The position numbers and the translations under genes are program-made. From positions 39,190 through 103,189 of the forward strand of contig JAZQNJ010000053.1 in the NCBI GenBank assembly GCA_045627285.1: a stretch of DNA of 64,000 nt, in the 5' to 3' direction. The notes beneath the pieces were generated by a model, which was not told the origin of the DNA, ran no database searches, and saw nothing but the letters and a program-made list of their open reading frames with translations. Positions 58,874-64,000 of the stretch are shown piece after piece. The first letter of the stretch is position 1. The number at the start of each line of letters is the position of its first letter. Origin of the DNA: Treponema sp. Lineage in GTDB: Bacteria; Spirochaetota; Spirochaetia; Treponematales; Treponemataceae.

Positions 58874-60248
58874 TCCTGATGAGCCGATTGCAGCCATTGC
58901 TACAGCACTTGCTCCTGGAGCACTGGGGATTGTAAGAGCCAGCGGAAAAGATTCAATTTCTCTTCTTGGAAAAGTTTTTTCACGACCAAAAGCACTGGCA
59001 GAAGCTCCCGGCAACAGTATTGTGTATGGATGGATTGTTAATCAGGGAGAAAAAGTTGACGAAGTTCTTGTGTCTGTTTTTAAAGGTCCTAAAAGCTTTA
59101 CTGGTGAAGATATGTGCGAAATCAGCTGTCATGGTGGAGTTTCTGTTGTAACTGCTGTTTATGAGACACTTCTAAAAGCAGGCTTCCGTCCGGCTGAGAA
59201 AGGGGAGTTTACTTTCCGGTCTTATATAAATGGAAAATCCGATTTAACTAAAGCTGAAGCTGTAAGGGAGATTATTGATTCAAAAACTGATGCCAGCCGA
59301 GCCCATGCTGCAGGCCGCCTTTCTGGTTCTCTGTTTGCAGAAATTGATTCTATCAAAACACTGGTAACTGATACACTTGCTGCAATTGAAGTTGATATTG
59401 AATATCCTGAGGATGAAGAAACTATTGCGGACAGTTTTGACCCGAAGGACCTGGAAATGGCAAGAGACAGACTTAAGGAGCTTGCTTCTTCGTGGAAAAG
59501 CGAAAAACTTTATCAGGATGGGGCAAAAATTGTTCTTGCAGGCCGTACCAATGCAGGAAAGTCTTCGCTTTTTAATGCACTTTTAAAAGAAGATCGGTCA
59601 ATTGTAAGTGATATTGAAGGTACTACAAGAGACTGGATTGAAAGCTGGGTAAGTTTTGACGGTATTCCTGCCAGACTTTTTGATACAGCCGGACTTCGGG
59701 AAACGGAGGATGTAATTGAGGCTAAAGGTGTAGAGCTTACAAAGGATCTTGCTTCCGGGGCTGACCTTGTGCTTTATCTTATTGATGCTTCCTCTGGAAT
59801 TAAAGATGAAGACAGAATGTTTCTGTCTGGCAATAAAGACATTCCCTATATTGTAGTTCTCAATAAAAGTGATATAACAGCGGCTGCAGATCTAAAATCA
59901 ATAAAAGACGAGTTGTCCTGTATTGTTCCTGTAGTTGATGAAATTTCGGCTAAAAAGGGAACTGGTGTAGGTGAACTTACAAACGATGTAAAAAAGCTCA
60001 TTCTTGGTAACAGCCAGTCTAGAAGTGAATCTGCAGGACTTGGGTCTCAGCGTCAGAAAGAAGCTGTGGGCGAAGCCCTGGAAAGAATAACTCATGGTCT
60101 TGAAATTGCAGCAGACGGAAGTTTTGGCCTTGATGCAGTGGTTCAGGATCTGGAAGACTGCCTGGACAGTCTGGGTGAAATTACAGGGGAAGTAACTCCT
60201 GATGATGTGCTTGGTTCAATTTTCAGCCACTTTTGTGTTGGTAAATAA
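58854..60248 (+). CDS. mnmE: tRNA modification GTPase
   Basis: IAAIATA, GRTNAGKSS, GTTRD, DTAG, NKSD, C-terminal FCVGK. Confidence 0.97.
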   Translation: MTNTKYNPDEPIAAIATALAPGALGIVRASGKDSISLLGKVFSRPKALAEAPGNSIVYGWIVNQGEKVDEVLVSVFKGPKSFTGEDMCEISCHGGVSVVTAVYETLLKAGFRPAEKGEFTFRSYINGKSDLTKAEAVREIIDSKTDASRAHAAGRLSGSLFAEIDSIKTLVTDTLAAIEVDIEYPEDEETIADSFDPKDLEMARDRLKELASSWKSEKLYQDGAKIVLAGRTNAGKSSLFNALLKEDRSIVSDIEGTTRDWIESWVSFDGIPARLFDTAGLRETEDVIEAKGVELTKDLASGADLVLYLIDASSGIKDEDRMFLSGNKDIPYIVVLNKSDITAAADLKSIKDELSCIVPVVDEISAKKGTGVGELTNDVKKLILGNSQSRSESAGLGSQRQKEAVGEALERITHGLEIAADGSFGLDAVVQDLEDCLDSLGEITGEVTPDDVLGSIFSHFCVGK

Positions 60249-60311
60249 TATTTCATTAGAAAACAGGAGGTATACTCCCAAAAGTACTGAATAAGGAATA
60301 ATATATTCCAG

Positions 60312-60704
60312 ATGACCAGATTACTTTTACCGGTAAAAATTATAGCTGTTGTTTCAATTTTCTTGCTTGGAATTCCTGTCTTTGCTGCAGATTCCCTTGA
60401 AGAAGGTTTTGAACTTGTTGATCAGGCTTTTAACGAAAAATCACCTGACAAACTGTCTATTGTACTGGAAAAATTTAACAAAAATTCAGAATATGGCCGT
60501 CTGGAAGAATTTGCCCTTAAAAAAATCAGACAGTTGATTATTGATGATGATCTTGATCTGGCTCTTAAGGCTTCCATGGCAGTAATCAATAATAATCTGC
60601 AGAATTTTGAGGCTGTTGATCTGTATTCTTCCATCGATAATGCAATTCAGAGCGAGCAGGTTTCCAGAAACAGGAGACGGTTTGCCACAGCCTGGACTCA
60701 GTAG
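60312..60704 (+). CDS. Hypothetical exported helical protein
   Basis: Signal peptide ending VFA; 130 aa. Confidence 0.6.
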   Translation: MTRLLLPVKIIAVVSIFLLGIPVFAADSLEEGFELVDQAFNEKSPDKLSIVLEKFNKNSEYGRLEEFALKKIRQLIIDDDLDLALKASMAVINNNLQNFEAVDLYSSIDNAIQSEQVSRNRRRFATAWTQ

Positions 60705-60726
60705 CTGACAAAGAGAGTTAGCGTTA

Positions 60727-61965
60727 ATGAAAATCAAAAAAAGTCTTTTAAGCATATTATTCATGTCAGTTCTGGCATCTGCCCTATTTGCCGGAGGAGC
60801 TGATGTTTCTATTCTTACAAAAAAATATCTTGATTTGTCAGCGGCTCAGCTGGAAGAAAATCTTGTTTCAGATGCCTATAATTCAGTGAATTCTGCCCTT
60901 AAACTTAATGAAACAAAGGGTATTCCTGCCAACGTAAGTCTTATTTCAAGTCAGGTTTATCTGAAGCGGCTGGAAGAAATTCAGGAAAAAAAAGATTATG
61001 TTTCTCTTAATGATGTAATAGTCAATCTGGAAAAATATCCTCAGATTAAAGACAGTGCCATCAGTAAAAAACTTATGGACATTGAACTTCAGCAGCGGAT
61101 GGACCAGGAAAAAGAAGGACGACGTACGGGTAATGTAATTTTGATAGCAGTATTCTCCGTATGTGCAGTTCTTATTCTGGTGGTTGTTGTAGCCTTCTGG
61201 GGATTCTTTTCGCAGTCCAGAGCAAATGCCAGACAGGTCCGTCAGTTTGAAGAAACATTAAAAATGGTTGCAGGGATTCAGCAGACAAATAATCAGATTC
61301 TTTTGGGAACAGTTTCTGATTTGCAGGGAATGTCCGCACTTCGTTTTGCAGGAAGCAGCAGCTGGGGAATTGATGCGTTACCATCACCGGAAATGAACGA
61401 TGAAGAAAAAGAAGTTCTAAAGGAACTTGCAATTTCATGCGAGGATCTTGGTGCAAAAATTGATATGATTACAAACCGAAAGAATAATTCAAAGAACGTT
61501 AGTGAACTTGTTTACAAGCTGGCTCTGGCTTTGGGATGTAATCAGAATACGGCAAAGGCTTATTTTTGTGCTTCCATGGTATATGATGCGGGTTTTATGG
61601 CTATACCTGAGGAAATTCTTTCCGCGGAGTCCTTAAATGAGCAGGAAAAAGAGGTCCTTCATGATCATGTTAATAAGACTGCTGAGTTTTTTGAATTCGT
61701 TCCTGAAATGTATTTAAAGATATTTGAAGATGCTGCCCGCTTTCATCACGAAAATGAAGATGGTTCAGGATATCCTGAAGGTGTAGCCGGATCTGATATA
61801 CCACAGGTGGCAAAGCTTATACACGTTGTTGAAAGCTACTGTTCTCTGGTGAGCCGTCGAAATTACAGGGAGATTATGGACAAGGAGTCTGCAGTCAATG
61901 AACTGCTTTTACATCCTGATATGTACGATGAGGTTGTAGTGCGGGCATTGGATTCCATTGTTTAA
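60727..61965 (+). CDS. Membrane-anchored HD-GYP domain protein (degenerate)
   Basis: Signal peptide and TM helix; HHENEDGSGYP present, but the HD position reads YD. Confidence 0.8.
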   Translation: MKIKKSLLSILFMSVLASALFAGGADVSILTKKYLDLSAAQLEENLVSDAYNSVNSALKLNETKGIPANVSLISSQVYLKRLEEIQEKKDYVSLNDVIVNLEKYPQIKDSAISKKLMDIELQQRMDQEKEGRRTGNVILIAVFSVCAVLILVVVVAFWGFFSQSRANARQVRQFEETLKMVAGIQQTNNQILLGTVSDLQGMSALRFAGSSSWGIDALPSPEMNDEEKEVLKELAISCEDLGAKIDMITNRKNNSKNVSELVYKLALALGCNQNTAKAYFCASMVYDAGFMAIPEEILSAESLNEQEKEVLHDHVNKTAEFFEFVPEMYLKIFEDAARFHHENEDGSGYPEGVAGSDIPQVAKLIHVVESYCSLVSRRNYREIMDKESAVNELLLHPDMYDEVVVRALDSIV

Positions 61966-61989
61966 TCACCTTATTTTTAGTAAAATTAA

Positions 61990-62021
61990 GCCGCTGTTAT
62001 AAATTAACAGCGGCATTTTTT
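61990..62021 (+). terminator. Intrinsic terminator
   Basis: gccgctgtta / taacagcggc followed by a T run. Confidence 0.75.
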
Positions 62022-62029
62022 ATACAAGA

Positions 62030-62060
62030 AGCGGTGGTTGAGCCTGTCGAAACTGCCGCT
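62030..62060. repeat. REP-like imperfect palindrome upstream of glmS
   Basis: agcggtggtt-gagcctgtcga-aactgccgct. Confidence 0.5.
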
Positions 62061-62080
62061 GCTTGTGGTGGGAGACCTTT

Positions 62081-64000
62081 ATGTGCGGAATCACCGGTTA
62101 TGTTGGAGTTAAAAATGCTGCTCCAGTTCTTATCAATTCACTTAAAAAACTAGAATACAGAGGCTATGATTCTGCAGGTATTGCCGTTTTAAACGATGAT
62201 GAAATCCTTGTAAAAAAATGTAAGGGTGCCCTTAAATTTCTGGTTGAAAAGGTAACAGATGAGGTTGTAAAACAGTCGAAGAATGAAAAACCGGAAGTTA
62301 CTGAAAACCGCTTTAAAGAACTGACAGAAAAATGCGGTAAACTTGTTCCTGGAACTGTTGGTATTGGTCATACACGATGGGCTACTCACGGTGAGCCTAG
62401 TGACATCAACTCTCATCCACATACAAATGTCAGCGGGACAATTGCAGTTGTTCACAATGGTATTATAGAAAATTATGTAAAGCTTAAGGGATGGCTTCAG
62501 AGTCAGGGCGTTGTATTTAAAAGCCAGACAGATACCGAAGTTGTAGCTCACTTTATTAATTACTTTTATGAGCTGGACGGAGATATCTTTAATGCCGTTC
62601 TTCAGGCAATTTCAAAGCTGGAAGGAAGTTACGCGTTGGGAGTAATCTGCAAGGATTATCCTGACAGACTTATTGCAGCAAGAAAAGAAAGTCCGCTCAT
62701 CGTTGGTGTTGGAAAGAACGAAAACTTTATTGCCAGTGATGTTCCGGCCGTCCTTGAATACACAAGGGAAGTTCACTTTCTGGAACAGAATGAGCTTGCA
62801 GTTCTTTATGCGGATCATGTTGATCTGTTTAATGCTGAAGGTGAAAAAATTGTACGGCAACCTGTTCATGTGGATTGGGATATGTCTTCTGCTGAAAAGG
62901 GTGGATATGCACACTTTATGCTAAAAGAAATCCTTGAACAGCCAAAGGCATTGAGAGACACACTTCGTCCACGTCTTGTAATGAATGGGTCTGTTCCTTG
63001 CGACATCAAATTTGATGAAATTGAATTTGGAGATGACTGGAAAAATGCCGGCCGCATTGTAATTACAGCCTGCGGAACTTCGTATCATGCTGGTATGGTG
63101 GCAAAATATGCTTTTGAACACTTTGCCAGAATCCCTGTTACAGTTGATGTTGCCTCTGAATTTCGTTATAGAAATCCGATTCTTAAAAAGGATGATATTT
63201 TCATTATCATTACTCAGTCCGGAGAAACAGCAGATACTCTCGCTGCCATGCGTCTTGCAAAGCAGGCAGGAGCAAAGGTTATTGCAATTACAAACTGTGT
63301 TGGATCAACAGCAAGTCGTGAAGCAGACTGCGTAATTTACACCTGGGCAGGCCCTGAAATTGCCGTTGCTTCTACTAAGGCTTACACAACTCAGCTTATG
63401 TGTCTTTATCTTCTGGCATTGAAGATGGCAGAAATAAGAGGGGTAATAAATACTGCTGATTATAAAAAGGTCCTTGTTGAACTGAACAAGATTCCAGAAA
63501 TGACTCAGAAAATTGTGGAAAATCAGGAAGATATCCAGAAGTTCGCAAGCCAGCAGTTTAATAAAGAAAAAATTTTTTATATAGGTCGTCTTTTTGACAG
63601 TGCATCATCTCTGGAAAGTGCCCTTAAACTAAAAGAAGTAAGCTACATGCACTGCGAAGCCTTTGCAGCCGGAGAACTTAAGCACGGACCGATTGCCCTT
63701 GTTGATAGGTCTACTCTTGTTGTAGCAATTGCTACTTCACCGGAACTCTACGAAAAAATTGCTTCTAACATTGTTGAAGTTAAGAGTCGCGGAGCTGCAA
63801 CAATGGTAATTACTCAGGATACAAAAGGTTCCTTCAATGACTGTGCTGATGCCGTTATTTCTATTCCGGAAGTATCTGCAGAGCTTGCCAGCATGATTTC
63901 AATTGTTCCGGCACAGCTTTTTGCATATTACTGTTCTATATTAAAAGGCTGTAATCCTGACCAGCCACGAAACCTGGCAAAATCTGTAACAGTTGAATAA
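62081..64000 (+). CDS. glmS: Glutamine--fructose-6-phosphate aminotransferase
   Basis: MCGI N-terminus at 62081, LEYRGYDSAG, GHTRWATHG, QSGETADT, C-terminal PRNLAKSVTVE. Confidence 0.98.
   Translation: MCGITGYVGVKNAAPVLINSLKKLEYRGYDSAGIAVLNDDEILVKKCKGALKFLVEKVTDEVVKQSKNEKPEVTENRFKELTEKCGKLVPGTVGIGHTRWATHGEPSDINSHPHTNVSGTIAVVHNGIIENYVKLKGWLQSQGVVFKSQTDTEVVAHFINYFYELDGDIFNAVLQAISKLEGSYALGVICKDYPDRLIAARKESPLIVGVGKNENFIASDVPAVLEYTREVHFLEQNELAVLYADHVDLFNAEGEKIVRQPVHVDWDMSSAEKGGYAHFMLKEILEQPKALRDTLRPRLVMNGSVPCDIKFDEIEFGDDWKNAGRIVITACGTSYHAGMVAKYAFEHFARIPVTVDVASEFRYRNPILKKDDIFIIITQSGETADTLAAMRLAKQAGAKVIAITNCVGSTASREADCVIYTWAGPEIAVASTKAYTTQLMCLYLLALKMAEIRGVINTADYKKVLVELNKIPEMTQKIVENQEDIQKFASQQFNKEKIFYIGRLFDSASSLESALKLKEVSYMHCEAFAAGELKHGPIALVDRSTLVVAIATSPELYEKIASNIVEVKSRGAATMVITQDTKGSFNDCADAVISIPEVSAELASMISIVPAQLFAYYCSILKGCNPDQPRNLAKSVTVE

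Noticed and set aside
61966-62080. glmS ribozyme
   Set aside because: Only ~60 nt lie between the terminator and the ATG, and the conserved AGCGCC...GACGAGG core is absent.

Overview
Low-GC bacterial chromosome segment, most consistent with a Treponema-like spirochaete. This is inferred from the spirochaete-style lipoprotein signals and gene content; no database search was run. Housekeeping genes flank a ~35 kb cell-surface locus. They include a RelA/SpoT homologue, a TolC/MFP/RND efflux operon, a 5'-nucleotidase, an RsuA-type synthase, prmC, prfA, parAB, cobB, an LpoB-like gene, mnmE and glmS. The surface locus encodes a 2045-aa Ig-repeat protein with a C-terminal beta-barrel, two paralogous giant Ig-repeat lipoproteins (~4760 and ~4230 aa), and a divergent solute-binding-like gene. 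Four signals are not explained by the gene list. (1) Five dispersed ~100-140 nt GC-rich elements share a branched fold with a fully covarying stem and GNA/GNNA mini-hairpins; one or two lie in frame inside proteins. (2) The 2045-aa protein begins with the second half of an Ig repeat and ends, just before the barrel, with the first half. (3) A PIN toxin-antitoxin cassette is bracketed by a duplicated terminator. (4) Sigma28-like and leaderless promoters recur. No CRISPR array, rRNA, tRNA, transposase or integrase was seen.
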